A stretch of 64,000 bases of DNA, from NCBI GenBank assembly GCA_963733675.1, contig CAVTET010000004.1, forward strand, positions 672,001 through 736,000, in the 5' to 3' direction. The position numbers were made by a program, and so were the translations under genes. Below are positions 22,822 through 33,540 of this stretch, piece by piece. This DNA comes from an uncultured Methanosarcinaceae archaeon. GTDB lineage: Archaea > Halobacteriota > Methanosarcinia > Methanosarcinales > Methanosarcinaceae. The notes beneath the pieces were generated by a model. It had not been told where the DNA came from. It did no database searches and saw only the letters and a list, made by a program, of their open reading frames with translations. Positions within the stretch are counted from its first letter, which is position 1, and every line of letters starts with the position of its first letter.

Positions 22822-23484
22822 CTTATTGATACTACTTTTCAGTTTAAACTGTATTAATCTTAAAGTTTTGAGATATTCAGTCAAACTAGACAAATTAAAG
22901 CTGCATTTTAGTTGCTTCACCTATCTTTTTCCAATATTCCTTAAATTCTTGCGTTTGTGAGACAATTTTTCCTGATCTACATTTATTTGTCTTTTTCTCT
23001 TCTTTTTCTTTTGTACAAAAAACATTGAGAAAGCTAAAGCTATTTTGGTAAGAAGGATAATCATCACATGTATTGAGTAAGTAATTACTTTTTCAATGGT
23101 TACCTTCATTGATGTGTTTTAGCACAAAAACTGTGTATTAATATCAACGATAAATTCTATTTTTTTCTGGCAAAGAAAAGAGCATAAAGTCGGTAAGATT
23201 TTACATAAAATTATACATGCTGTATTCACATTTTTAATTTTATTCTAATTATACGTAACTGGTTATGGGTAGTTATTATTTATCATAAAAGCAGATTCTA
23301 TTGCCAGTCTTCTGAAATCTTATGTTGATAACATATTGTTTTCGGTTAATAAGATAACTATCGAAAACAGATAAATCATAATTTGCTATTATATTTTTGG
23401 ATAAAATAATTGAATTAAGGGGAGATGTGTTAGTAGTCCTATCAAATGCAAAAAAAGTATTAAAAAAGCATAGCAAAATTCGAT

Positions 23485-23844
23485 AGCCACAGATGAACTA
23501 CAAAATGAGAAGAACTTGTCTAAAAATATTGAAATTCGACAAGTCAAGTATTTGAATAACATTGTAGAACAAGATCACAGATCTGTAAAGCGGATAATTA
23601 CTACAATGCTAGGCTTTCAGTCTTTTCGCTCTGCAAGTAAGACTTTAAAAGTAATTGAAGCTATGAATATGGTTAAAAAAGGACAAGTCAATAATCTAAA
23701 TTACTCTGGTCTTGATGAAGTCAAATATATTAATCAATTATTTGGTATAGTTTTATAATGTTGGTACATTTCCCTCGGATATTTTACCTTTTATTCATTA
23801 TCCATATATTTATATACTAATTTTAAATTTTTTTCAATTGAATC
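23485..23844 (+). mobile_element. IS6 relic (3' third of transposase and degenerate right end)
   Basis: ORF 23516-23758 KYLNNIVEQDHR...QLFGIVL; tail resembles 43490-43577; IR decayed to TTTTTTTCAATTGAATC. Confidence 0.8.
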
Positions 23845-25575
23845 ATATTTTCTGCACTTCCCCTTTAAGTATATTACAGAAATCCCAGGTAGTGCAAGTT
23901 TTGTTTGAATCAGTTCAGAAAGCACGGGATTAAGGATTTGTTCTTTTATATTATATCCAATTTCTTTTTCAGTCTCTATTTTTTCCATCCCTTTTCCTTC
24001 ATCGATATTAAAGACTGAAACGTCGGGAGTTATTGTCTCCACCACTTTTCTTATATCAGGAGCTTCCTGACCACCAGTCATTGCTGCAACATCATTCTGT
24101 AGTATGAGTACAAGCATGTCGCATCCGAAAGTTACGGCATTTAGGAGTCCCAGGATGCCTGAGTGTGCCAGTGCGAAATCTCCGATTACAGCGATGCCTT
24201 TTTTCTCAAATCCACAGGCAACAGAGATTGCAGAGCCTAGGGCAAAGCTAACATCAACTGCTGCAAGTGGCTCAGGTGCGCTCCGGACGGAACAACCCAT
24301 ATCTCCCGCAATCCACACGTTAATCGTGCTGAGGAAATGATAAAGAGGCAGATAAGGGCAGTTATCGCAGATAGTCCCCCTTCCTTCAGTAGATAATTTG
24401 GAAAAAGTAGTATCTGTAGATTTTGAAACTTCCTCCTCATCTATATGTTCAAGGGCAAATTCTATATCTTCAGGCATAACTTGTCCATATGGAAGGTGCC
24501 CAGTTTTTTTTCCACATACTCTGCCTGCGATCCGAATCTGTTCTTCTATGAAGGGTTCGGACTCTTCGGCCACAAGTAATATTTGATTATTTCTCAGAAA
24601 CGTCCCAATTTTTCTAATGGGAAGTGGATTTACAATGTTAAGAGACAGATGAGAAATTTCACAGTAAATGTCTCGCTTTTTCAGTATTTTTTCCACTATT
24701 GAAGACGTAAAACCCGAGGAAATGATTCCTATCCTTCTAGATCCTAAGCTGTATTCTGTTTCTTCTTCTGGCATCAATATTGTTCTATTCATGTCAGTAT
24801 TCTCAGCTTCAGCTTCCAGTAAAGGGTAGACTATGGAGTGAAATAGCTGGTGTTTTACCACCATCCTGCTTTTCCATATAGCGCGATCGAATTTGGGAGG
24901 AATAGATGAAGATCTAGGGAGGCGCTTTATTTTTCCTTCGCTTTTTCCAAAGCTTTGAGTGACCCTAAGCATAACTGGAGTCCTCGTCTTTTCCGAAAGC
25001 TCGTAAGCTCTTCTTAAAGCCCTGTATGCAGTATCTGGATCATTTGGATCAAACACTACAATCTCGGCTATCCGGCCATACCAGCGGGAGTCCTGTTCAT
25101 TCTGTGAGCCTTTCGCTCCAGGGTCATCTCCCACAATTATAACAAGGCCAGCTCCTATGGTATGCGTAACAGAGGTTATAAGGGGATCCGCAAGAATGTT
25201 CATTCCAACATGCTTTACAATAACAAGGGCCCTTTTCCCAGAAATTGATGCTCCTAGAGCAATTTCAAAGGCAACTTTTTCATTTGTGAGCCATCTGGCA
25301 CTATAAACTGAAATGCGCATTTTATCGGAATGACCTGCTCTTAAAATCGTGGTTCTTGATTCTACAACCCCCTCTCTATTGGTTTTATCCAAAAAAAACT
25401 TCATAAGGGAGTTTATAGGGTATCCGGGGACACCTGTTATCAGGCTAACATTACTGTCAAGCGCTGCGAGGTAAAGGGCTTCGAACCCGGTGCATTCTTC
25501 TGCATTTTCTTTCAAGCTTTTTCCTCGTTGTTGGAATCTAAAATATTTTGGATTTAAATTCGGTATGAGATCCAT
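23791..25575 (-). CDS. Indolepyruvate:ferredoxin oxidoreductase alpha-like TPP protein
   Basis: GVPGYP, NEKVAFE, KHVGMN, GDDPG, SQNEQDSR, CDNCPY, GDMGC, IGDF, NDVAAMTGGQ; no C-terminal ferredoxin domain; start uncertain. Confidence 0.85.
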   Translation of the reverse strand: MDLIPNLNPKYFRFQQRGKSLKENAEECTGFEALYLAALDSNVSLITGVPGYPINSLMKFFLDKTNREGVVESRTTILRAGHSDKMRISVYSARWLTNEKVAFEIALGASISGKRALVIVKHVGMNILADPLITSVTHTIGAGLVIIVGDDPGAKGSQNEQDSRWYGRIAEIVVFDPNDPDTAYRALRRAYELSEKTRTPVMLRVTQSFGKSEGKIKRLPRSSSIPPKFDRAIWKSRMVVKHQLFHSIVYPLLEAEAENTDMNRTILMPEEETEYSLGSRRIGIISSGFTSSIVEKILKKRDIYCEISHLSLNIVNPLPIRKIGTFLRNNQILLVAEESEPFIEEQIRIAGRVCGKKTGHLPYGQVMPEDIEFALEHIDEEEVSKSTDTTFSKLSTEGRGTICDNCPYLPLYHFLSTINVWIAGDMGCSVRSAPEPLAAVDVSFALGSAISVACGFEKKGIAVIGDFALAHSGILGLLNAVTFGCDMLVLILQNDVAAMTGGQEAPDIRKVVETITPDVSVFNIDEGKGMEKIETEKEIGYNIKEQILNPVLSELIQTKLALPGISVIYLKGKCRKYDSIEKNLKLVYKYMDNE

Positions 25576-25708
25576 ATTTTACGATTTCTATTTAGATCGT
25601 CTCTGAGAGTTACTGAAAAATGGACTTAAGAATCTCTCTATATTTTCTTTAAATTTTTAGCTAGTACTCTTTTTTCATTCTTTATCAATAGCTAACAGAC
25701 AAGATCAT

Positions 25709-26671
25709 CTATTGGTTCTTGTCCAATTGAATATCATTTTTAATTTTTTGCATTGTCATAGGTTTGATTTCAGTACCTGGAATTATAGATTCTTCAGGCT
25801 TTCCGAACCAGGGCAAAGAGGCAAGTGCACCTATTATCCCATTGCCTTCAAGCAGGATTTCCACGCCGTTTTCTTCGATACAGTGCAAAGCATCAGCTTT
25901 CGAGACTCGTTCAATACGACAGAGATTGCTGAATTCATATAATTCTCTGGCATAGAAATCAGAAAGAACAACCATTCCAGTCTGACTAGAAGCACTATAT
26001 TTCTGAAGGGCTTTTTTGAAGGATTCTATTAGCACTAATTTTGTTTTCTGGTCCACACAACCAAATTCAAGCACTGTAGACATACAGTTCTGAGTTCTTT
26101 CCGGGACAGGGAAGAGCTGCACAAGAGAATGGGAGAGATAAACGGCTTCTTGGCAATCCAGTTCTTTTGCTATGTTATGAGTTAGGGTCCAGGTAGCACC
26201 TATATCCTTGGAGTCTGTGTCATCTACACCTATGAGGATACGGTCTCTGCGAGGTACGACAATAGTCCCTCGGGCACATTTCTCTCCCCCGGATTCTGAA
26301 ATCTTGTAACTGAGAACTCCATCCGCAAATGCTCTGCAACGGGTTGCACCCACACCTCCTCCTCCCAATCCGGTATAGGTGATCTCTACTTCATTTCCCC
26401 GTACAACAACTGATTCTATGCCTGCGGCTCCGACTGATGATTTGAGTTCAAGTTTTGAGGTTCCAATTTTTATGAAATAGCGGATCATATTCCCGGTCGA
26501 ACGGGCTTTCAGGACAAGAGGAGCTTTTGAGTAATGGTAGAGAGACCAAGCTGCACCGCTGAAGCAGTTGGTGTGCTCAATTATTTCAGCACATTCATTT
26601 TTTGCATCACAGACTGCATAAATGCCCTTGTAAGATACAGTATAAGGGTCATTAAGGATTATTTCTTGAAT
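25709..26671 (-). CDS. mmp11: Methanogenesis marker protein 11
   Basis: Frame open upstream of the called ATG (DPYTVSYKGI, HTNCFSGAAW); AAGIE, YTGLGGGGVGA, GVDDTD, GATW, TQNC; start appears to be ATT (26671 or 26713). Confidence 0.85.
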   Translation of the reverse strand: MQEIILNDPYTVSYKGIYAVCDAKNECAEIIEHTNCFSGAAWSLYHYSKAPLVLKARSTGNMIRYFIKIGTSKLELKSSVGAAGIESVVVRGNEVEITYTGLGGGGVGATRCRAFADGVLSYKISESGGEKCARGTIVVPRRDRILIGVDDTDSKDIGATWTLTHNIAKELDCQEAVYLSHSLVQLFPVPERTQNCMSTVLEFGCVDQKTKLVLIESFKKALQKYSASSQTGMVVLSDFYARELYEFSNLCRIERVSKADALHCIEENGVEILLEGNGIIGALASLPWFGKPEESIIPGTEIKPMTMQKIKNDIQLDKNQ

Positions 26672-26794
26672 ATGTCGATCTTCAAGTGAACAGGCTTTTA
26701 CATGTTTTGTAATTCAGAAAACCTCCTTTTTAAGAGGAATAGAAAGTGAGAGGAAAATTCGTTTGATCGAGAAGCTATTTGTGGTAGATATATA

Positions 26795-26899
26795 CCACTT
26801 TCTGCGGATGTGAACAAGAATGCCGTCTATTTTCTCAATATTTTTCTCAATATGACAGTAGCTTAAAAATTAATCTAACTTTTAATGAATTAATAGTGG
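26795..26899. repeat. ~95-bp dispersed repeat/MITE, family C
   Basis: CCACTTTCT...TCTATTTTCTCAATATGACAGTAG...AATAGTGG; copies at 27486, 45976, ~56995, ~59472. Confidence 0.8.
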
Positions 26900-26964
26900 C
26901 CAAATAGGCAAACAAATTATGTACCTTGTACGTCTGTAGAATGTCGAATATATAACTATTGTAT

Positions 26965-27055
26965 AGAGGATTTCGATAAACTCCTAAATTTTATCATATG
27001 CTTATAGATGGTATATAAATGACTCGTGAAAATAAGAGGTTCATCGTAGTGCTCT
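26965..27055. mobile_element. MITE family B
   Basis: AGAGGATTTCGATAAA ... TTCATCGTAGTGCTCT; close to reverse complement of 51586-51679. Confidence 0.75.
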
Positions 27056-27485
27056 ATGTTTATGGATATTATAAATTAAATGAATATCATAAATTTAATA
27101 AGTTAGATAAGGTCAATTTTATAGGCCAAATGAATTTATACAAAATATCTAATTATGATATTTGACCATATATCTGAAGTAAATGTCCAGCTCAAATTTT
27201 AATGAAATAGCGCTTTAGATTAATGAATTGGTATATATTATGGGGTACTATTAATAAATTTACTAATAAATTTTTCAACTCATTAACTGGAGAATTCCGA
27301 ATAACCTTTATGTAAATCTTCAACCATATCAATTCAAAGGAAATAACATATTTCTACCAATTTTTTGGTAATCATCCCATCCTCTTTGCTCTGATTTGGA
27401 TCTCTATAAGGTAAAAACGAGATATGCAGAGCAACGAATTTTTTTGGTTGTTTTAATCCTTATCTGAGTTTATAGAATTTTGTAT

Positions 27486-27579
27486 CCCACTTTCTACAGA
27501 TGCACACAAGAATGTCATCTATTTTCTCAATATGACAGTAATTTAAAAATTAATCCAACTTTTAATGAATAATAGTGGG
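27486..27579. repeat. Family C repeat
   Basis: CCCACTTTCT ... AATAGTGGG. Confidence 0.8.
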
Positions 27580-27637
27580 TAAATAATTATAAATTGTATT
27601 TCTGTATATGTCTTAGAAAGTAGAAAGTCTGTTTTTT

Positions 27638-28068
27638 ATGGAGGGTGTTAAATGAGAGCCTAGTATATTGATGGAAACTATCTGTAAAATTTTTGAAATA
27701 ATAATCGATTTAGTTACTCCTATAATCTTTTATGTACTACTATTGGAGCTACTCGTGAAAGTAATAAATATCCTCCTGAGTATCAAATCAGTTCTATTCA
27801 GGACTTATGGGGTTTTTTTAGTCAAATATTGTCCGGTGTTCTCACAGTTTTTGTTCTTATCGACCTTTTCAAGACTTTTGTTGATTTTCGTGAAAATGAA
27901 AAAAATCAGAATTACACACTTAACCGATGCTAAAATTTTAATAGTCATGCGTTAAATTGCAGTAGGTGTATATTCCCAAAGATGTGATTATTAATTTGTT
28001 TTAGGCCTATCGACCTCGCTCTTGATATAAAGTGTAATTAAGGCTCTGCAATCTAATATATGCCTAGG
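27638..28068 (+). pseudogene. Decayed paralogue of the PsiE-like gene at 61507-61953
   Basis: Shared DNA TTTTTGTTCTTATCGACCTTTTCAAGACTTTTGTTGATT and TTTTAGGCCTATCGAC; stops and frameshifts. Confidence 0.8.
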
Positions 28069-28297
28069 TGATGATTTATAACTTATTATTTTAGTGTGAA
28101 ATGATGTATCTGCTCTTGTAGAAATTCTATTAACAATTTACTTTTTAATAATTTCCGTTATAATGAGAATTATTACTCGAAAATATCCCTTTGATTGCAT
28201 CTTTGTAAGCAACTACAAATTTAATTTTTATTGTAATTAGTGGATACTACCAAACTTAAATAATAATTTTGATGGAAAAAGATTGTAGAAAACAATG

Positions 28298-28600
28298 TTA
28301 TTTGAAAGAAGATCTGTGGAAAGTCTGGTTAAATATGATCCATTTTTTAGGGACATGCTTTACCCAAATTTCTTTGACAGTTGTTACTTTTACCATATTT
28401 TTCTCTTCATCAAGTTCACCAGTAATTTCAACAAATTTGCGGCAGAAAAATTCAAGGTAATAGTCTAGTTCCCATGTACCTCTGTCCCCATACTTTAGAG
28501 ATATTCTCTGTCCCACGTCTGAAGATAATAATCTGGCCCTTCACTTTTGCTTCCGATTCGCCCATTTTTTTATATAAACAAGTCCGTCAAAAGTCTCCAT
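28298..28600 (-). pseudogene. Frameshifted hypothetical protein
   Basis: AGGAGG then METFDGLVYIKNGRIGSKSEGPDYYLQTWDREYL, continuing in another frame as LKYGDRGTWELDYYLEFFC. Confidence 0.6.
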
Positions 28601-29133
28601 AAAGTGTTCCTCCTTTTGATATGCAGTTTCAGCTTAAAAAATATCAAAGTTGTGGTGGCTCGAACATGACTTGCTTGCGGCGGGATGAGGCACTTATCTG
28701 GCTATGAAGGAATTTGCAGAAATACTTTGGGGTGTGATGACATTCAAAATTACTGTAGGTTTTATGTTAAAAATATTCACTAGGAAGATCCATTAAAAGA
28801 AGGATTTAACCAGCCAATAGATTTATAATGGTATTGCACATTATTCTATTGACCAGTAAGATCCAACAAAAATGAGAATAAAATTTTGGAAGGATCTACT
28901 ACTTTTGTTTTATAATAATTCGCAAGCAAGATCCTTAAATTAAGGGTTAGGATATTAAATGCAAGCACTGCGGGCATGAATTGTATGTTGATACTTATAC
29001 CGCAGAGAATTCAGCATTTGAGCCAGTAAAATAAAGCCAACTGTGTTTATGCATCTAATTTTTTGTTTGGTGGCATGGAAACGATGCTTTATATAGGGAT
29101 ATCTTTTATCATGGAATTGTATAGGTGATGGAC

Positions 29134-29337
29134 ATGAATATCGAAAAAAGAAGCTTTCTAAGAGAATTAGGATTTTGGCAAGAAGTTGCGATTGTTGAAG
29201 ACTGTAGGTGCCCATCTTGTGCGGAGAGAGTAGACGAAGATGAATTCAGAAACGAAGTGTTCATGAGGGAATTTGAGAGTTCTGGGCTGTGTCAAGAATG
29301 TCAGGACACGGTTTTCGGATATAAGGTAGCATGGTGA
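29134..29337 (+). CDS. Small putative zinc-binding protein
   Basis: CPSC ... CQEC pair; AGGTGA SD-like motif upstream. Confidence 0.7.
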   Translation: MNIEKRSFLRELGFWQEVAIVEDCRCPSCAERVDEDEFRNEVFMREFESSGLCQECQDTVFGYKVAW

Positions 29338-30026
29338 TATGTTATTTTTGCGACTAAAGCATTGGAAATCCCTGCTTTTAATACGCCTCAAGCATGAAAG
29401 ATTTCGATTTACTCTGATTTTTTTAAATCTTTTCCGGCAAATCTGTTCATTATTTTATTAATATTAAATCCCCTAAATATGGAATCTCGATTTACATTAT
29501 CTTATGTTTGTTGCAGTACATTCTCTTGGTCCTCATTCAAGTCGGAAAAATCAATATAGATGGTATCCAAAGTTGTGTATTTAATTCGTAAACCGATGAC
29601 AAACAAAGCGGATTAAGTATTAAGCATGAAAGTTAGAGATAGCCGTATGCCAATGAAGCTAAACGAATACTACTAACAAAATCGTCATTGTCTTTTTAAA
29701 CTTCATTTATTTTTACCTCATTTTATTTCTCACCTCATTAAGCTATACAGCCAAAGCTATGTTTTATGCCGTTAAAAAAGCTTTAAAAAGAAGGATCTAT
29801 AATTATTGATCATAGGATTATTTTAGCCAACAGAGGAGAACGTGTATTCAATGAGCAAAGTGAAGTTATTTTTGATGAAAAAATCCCTATTGAATGGCAG
29901 CAACAGTTTTAGGATATTATGAAGAGTAAAAAGGTGGGTGAAAAGTTTTTTTATTTGTTTGTGTCTATCATTTGAAAAATATAATATTCTTTTTGTAACT
30001 GAGTTATGAAAGGTGGTTAATTTTTT

Positions 30027-30986
30027 GTGATACAAAATATAAAAAATAAAATATTAAATGGATTTCAAATTCAAAAAGAAGACGCTATGCGATTGATTAA
30101 TACTGATTTAGAGAAACTGAGCACTGCTTCCAATGAGTTGCGTCAGCATTTCTGTGGCAATGCCTTTGACATTTGTGCAATTATCAACTGAAAAAACGGA
30201 AGGTGTTCATAAAATTGCAAATTTTGTGCACAGTCAGTTCATTATAAGGTTTCCATAGAGGAAGATTCTCTTTTGGATTGTAAAAGCTTATTGAAAGATT
30301 CAATTTACAATTTTTACAAAGGTATATTGAGATATTCTGTGGTAACATCTGGGAAGAAACTAGTTGAGGATGAACTGGAAAGCGTTTGTAACAGTTACAG
30401 TGAAATCAGAAAAAATTCGGATATTTTTTTATGCGCATCCCATAGCTTATTATCTCTAGAATAGTTTATAAAATTAAAAAATGTAGGAGTGCAAAGATAT
30501 CATAACAATTTAGAAACTTCACGCAGAAATTTTCCTAACATCTGCACCACTCATACCTATGAAGATACAATAATCACTATAAAAGCAGCACAAAAAGCAG
30601 GACTTGAAGTATGCAGCGGTGGCATTATAGGACTTGGTGAAACAATGGGAGATCGCATTGATATGGCTTCGGATATTCAGGAGTTGGGTGTCAAATCGGT
30701 TCCTGTAAATATTTTGAGTCCAATCTCTGAAACATCCTCTGGTAAGCTTACTGTGCTGACAGCTAATGAAGTACGCAAAACAGTGGCAATCTTTCGCTTT
30801 ATTTTCCCCGAGGCTGCTATTCGATTAACAGGAGGTATAAACCTTATGGTAGATAAAGGCAGGTCCCTATTTCTTTCAGGTGCTAACGCTGCCATATCTG
30901 GAGATATGCTGACAACTTCAGGAATCACCATTGACGATGATATGAAAATGATTAAAGAACTTAAATTTGATGTGAAGATGCTGTGA
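30027..30986 (+). pseudogene. bioB: Biotin synthase pseudogene
   Basis: Single frame with C-S-x-N-C-K-F-C-A-Q, [23 protein letters not shown]; in-frame TGA 30189, TAA 30210, TAG 30462. Confidence 0.92.
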
Positions 30987-31536
30987 GTAAAGAGTTTGTC
31001 TGAAAATTAGATCAGTATTGGTAAACTGGTTGTTCGTAAATGTTTCAACAGGGACGAATTTTGTTTTTTTAGAATAGACCTGATGCTCACCTTATTTTCC
31101 CGTTTTTTTTCAATATCAGGGTGGAGCCTAATCCAATCTAATAGCAAATTTTTTGACTTCGTGTGATATAATTATTATAATAAAGTATATGCATTTTTTC
31201 AAATTCAAATAAAAAATATCCTATAATTGCCCTATAATTCCAGATAAAAATGAAACATGCAGAGGTTTCCCCACAAAATCATTCTTCAGCGATGACAAAA
31301 AACAGAAACTTTGTCAGCATAACCATTGACTTTTCATTCTGTTATATTTCACATAATTTTTGACACAATGCTCTTACTGATTGATAACAACTAAACTCAT
31401 AGTGAAATTAATGCTAAATTAGGATTATATTTTGGATATTATAAAACTTATCTAAAATTATTAAATATCATGAAGCTTTTAATTATTGTGGATTAATTTA
31501 ATCAACGTGGATGAATAGTTTTGGAAGGCGAAAAAA

Positions 31537-31905
31537 ATGAGTGACAATAGCGAAGATAAGTTTAAGTATAAACTTGGTAAGTGGGTTCTACTCAGAGATG
31601 AATGTGTTTTTACGAGTTTAGAAGGTCGTGGAAAGAGTACATCTATGCGCCAATATTTACTTGAATCAACTGATAAGTGGGTAAATAAAAAGGAAGACTT
31701 TCCAATACAAGAATTTGTTGCCGAAATGTGTGAGTTTATTAAGAGCAAGAATGAATCTATTTACTTCCGTTTGATGGAGAAATGTGCTTTAAAAGGAATG
31801 AGTGTGGGAGATGGCATATTTGAAGCATTAAGCATGTGTCAGTGTGAGGAAGCAATAAGTAATTTGCAGTGTGGAACGGAAAAAGACGAATCTTCTGATT
31901 TATGA
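31537..31905 (+). CDS. Hypothetical protein, paralogue of 39045-39404
   Basis: Shares FKYKLGKWVL, SMRQYL, WVNKKE, EMCxFIKS, KCAL, GxGIF with 39045-39404. Confidence 0.85.
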   Translation: MSDNSEDKFKYKLGKWVLLRDECVFTSLEGRGKSTSMRQYLLESTDKWVNKKEDFPIQEFVAEMCEFIKSKNESIYFRLMEKCALKGMSVGDGIFEALSMCQCEEAISNLQCGTEKDESSDL

Positions 31906-31962
31906 TGTCTTAAGATCCAGTTTTCTCCTTTTCATGATTTTTGTTTAGTAAATTTTTCTTTT

Positions 31963-33540
31963 TCAATAAACTGTTTCCTGTTTTGTTTTCATATTATATG
32001 CTCTATAATCATCTCCTTTTCTATCCTGGAGATAAAAGTACTCGTATTCCGGAAAACTTATCCTTTTTCTATACGCTTCCATAGCTTCAGCTTGGCAACT
32101 GTCACAGGCGTAGATCGGAACAGAAATTCCGAAAATCCTGATATCTTTTATGCTCTTATGGGCGTGGGAATCGATTGTTATATAACCTTGGCAGTTGGGA
32201 CACATCCGAATTGTTTCTTCCTGAAATTCTTGAATCATATCCGTGTCATAGAAGATCTTTTTTTTTCGGCGATAAAAATCCCCATGTTTTGCTATCTCTG
32301 CCTCCACAAGCCTGTCCCGATTTTTAAAGTTTTTGAGCTGGGTTGCAACGATTTCCTCCAACACCTTTCTGTCCCTGGCAGCCTGGACGAACATTCCTGG
32401 CTTGTAGTCAGGTTCTATGACACAGGAGTAGTCAAGTCCTGCCATGGCAAGGATTATGCCGGTGTTCAAATATGGCAATGCACTCTGGATTGCATAGCCT
32501 CCTTCAAGCACCGCTATGTCAGGAGCAAGTTTTTCGTTTAATTTTGCATATCCCTGTGCAGAAAAGCGCATATTTGCAAGAGGGTCTGTATAATGATTGT
32601 CCTGTCCTGCAGAATTAAGTACAATTTCTGGCTTGAAATCGTCAAGAATTGGCAGTACAAGGGAATCAAGTACATAGAGGATACCTTCATCTGGAGTTGC
32701 GGGAGGTAAAGGAATATTGATTGTTTTTCCAAGAGCCTGTGGGCCCCCGAGTTCATTTATGAAACCTGATCCAGGATAAAGTGTCCTTCCATCCTGGTGA
32801 AAAGAGATAAAAAGCACATCAGGATCGTTATAAAAAATCTCCTGTGTCCCATCCCCGTGGTGAACGTCGGTATCTACGATTGCAATTCTACGGATCCCAT
32901 ATTTTTTTCTCAGGTATTCGACCAAAATAGCTTCGTTATTGATATTACAAAAACCCCGGTTTCCATGCACTACTGTCATTGCATGGTGACCAGGCGGGCG
33001 GACAAGGGCAAAAGCATTTTTGATCTCTCCTGTCATCAGAGCGTCTGCAAGAACCAGGCAACTACCTGCAGCTATCAGGTGAGGGATTGTAGCCTGGGTC
33101 TTTATATCAGGAACACAGATGTGGACCCTGGCAATATCTCTGTAATCTGCAAGGCGAGGTTTATATTCGGCTACTTCATGAAGGTCCATAATTCCTTCTT
33201 CGAAAATCTGATCCCTGGTATAAAGGAGACGTTCTTCTCTTTCAGGGTGAGTTGGAGAAATAGCCCAATCGAAAGCAGGGAAAAAAACAATGCCTGTTTT
33301 TTCTGCTTTAGTACGGTCTGCTGGAGACAAAAATTCCTTTTCAAGCCTCTGCTCGATTCCTTTTAGATCTATTTGAATTCTCCCTATCGCTTCAGACTTT
33401 TTTTCATGATTTTCCATTTTCTGGGTTTTTGATTTGTTTGCTTGCCTTTCCACTGTTGACCGATCTGTTTTATCCCATCTAATATCTTTTTCAGTTTCAC
33501 TTTTCAATATATCCTTAATCTTTCCAAGCCCTAACTTCAT
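31963..33540 (-). CDS. Histone deacetylase-family Zn amidohydrolase with C-terminal CxxC...CxxC domain
   Basis: HPE, RPPGHHA, GFC, DTDVHHGDGT, SFHQD, YPGSG, SAGQDNH, LEGGY. Confidence 0.93.
   Translation of the reverse strand: MKLGLGKIKDILKSETEKDIRWDKTDRSTVERQANKSKTQKMENHEKKSEAIGRIQIDLKGIEQRLEKEFLSPADRTKAEKTGIVFFPAFDWAISPTHPEREERLLYTRDQIFEEGIMDLHEVAEYKPRLADYRDIARVHICVPDIKTQATIPHLIAAGSCLVLADALMTGEIKNAFALVRPPGHHAMTVVHGNRGFCNINNEAILVEYLRKKYGIRRIAIVDTDVHHGDGTQEIFYNDPDVLFISFHQDGRTLYPGSGFINELGGPQALGKTINIPLPPATPDEGILYVLDSLVLPILDDFKPEIVLNSAGQDNHYTDPLANMRFSAQGYAKLNEKLAPDIAVLEGGYAIQSALPYLNTGIILAMAGLDYSCVIEPDYKPGMFVQAARDRKVLEEIVATQLKNFKNRDRLVEAEIAKHGDFYRRKKKIFYDTDMIQEFQEETIRMCPNCQGYITIDSHAHKSIKDIRIFGISVPIYACDSCQAEAMEAYRKRISFPEYEYFYLQDRKGDDYRAYNMKTKQETVY

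Noticed and set aside
28652-28690. tRNA-like 3' end (GTTCGAGCCACCA on minus strand) as an att site
   Set aside because: No T-stem or acceptor pairing and no match to tRNAs in the window
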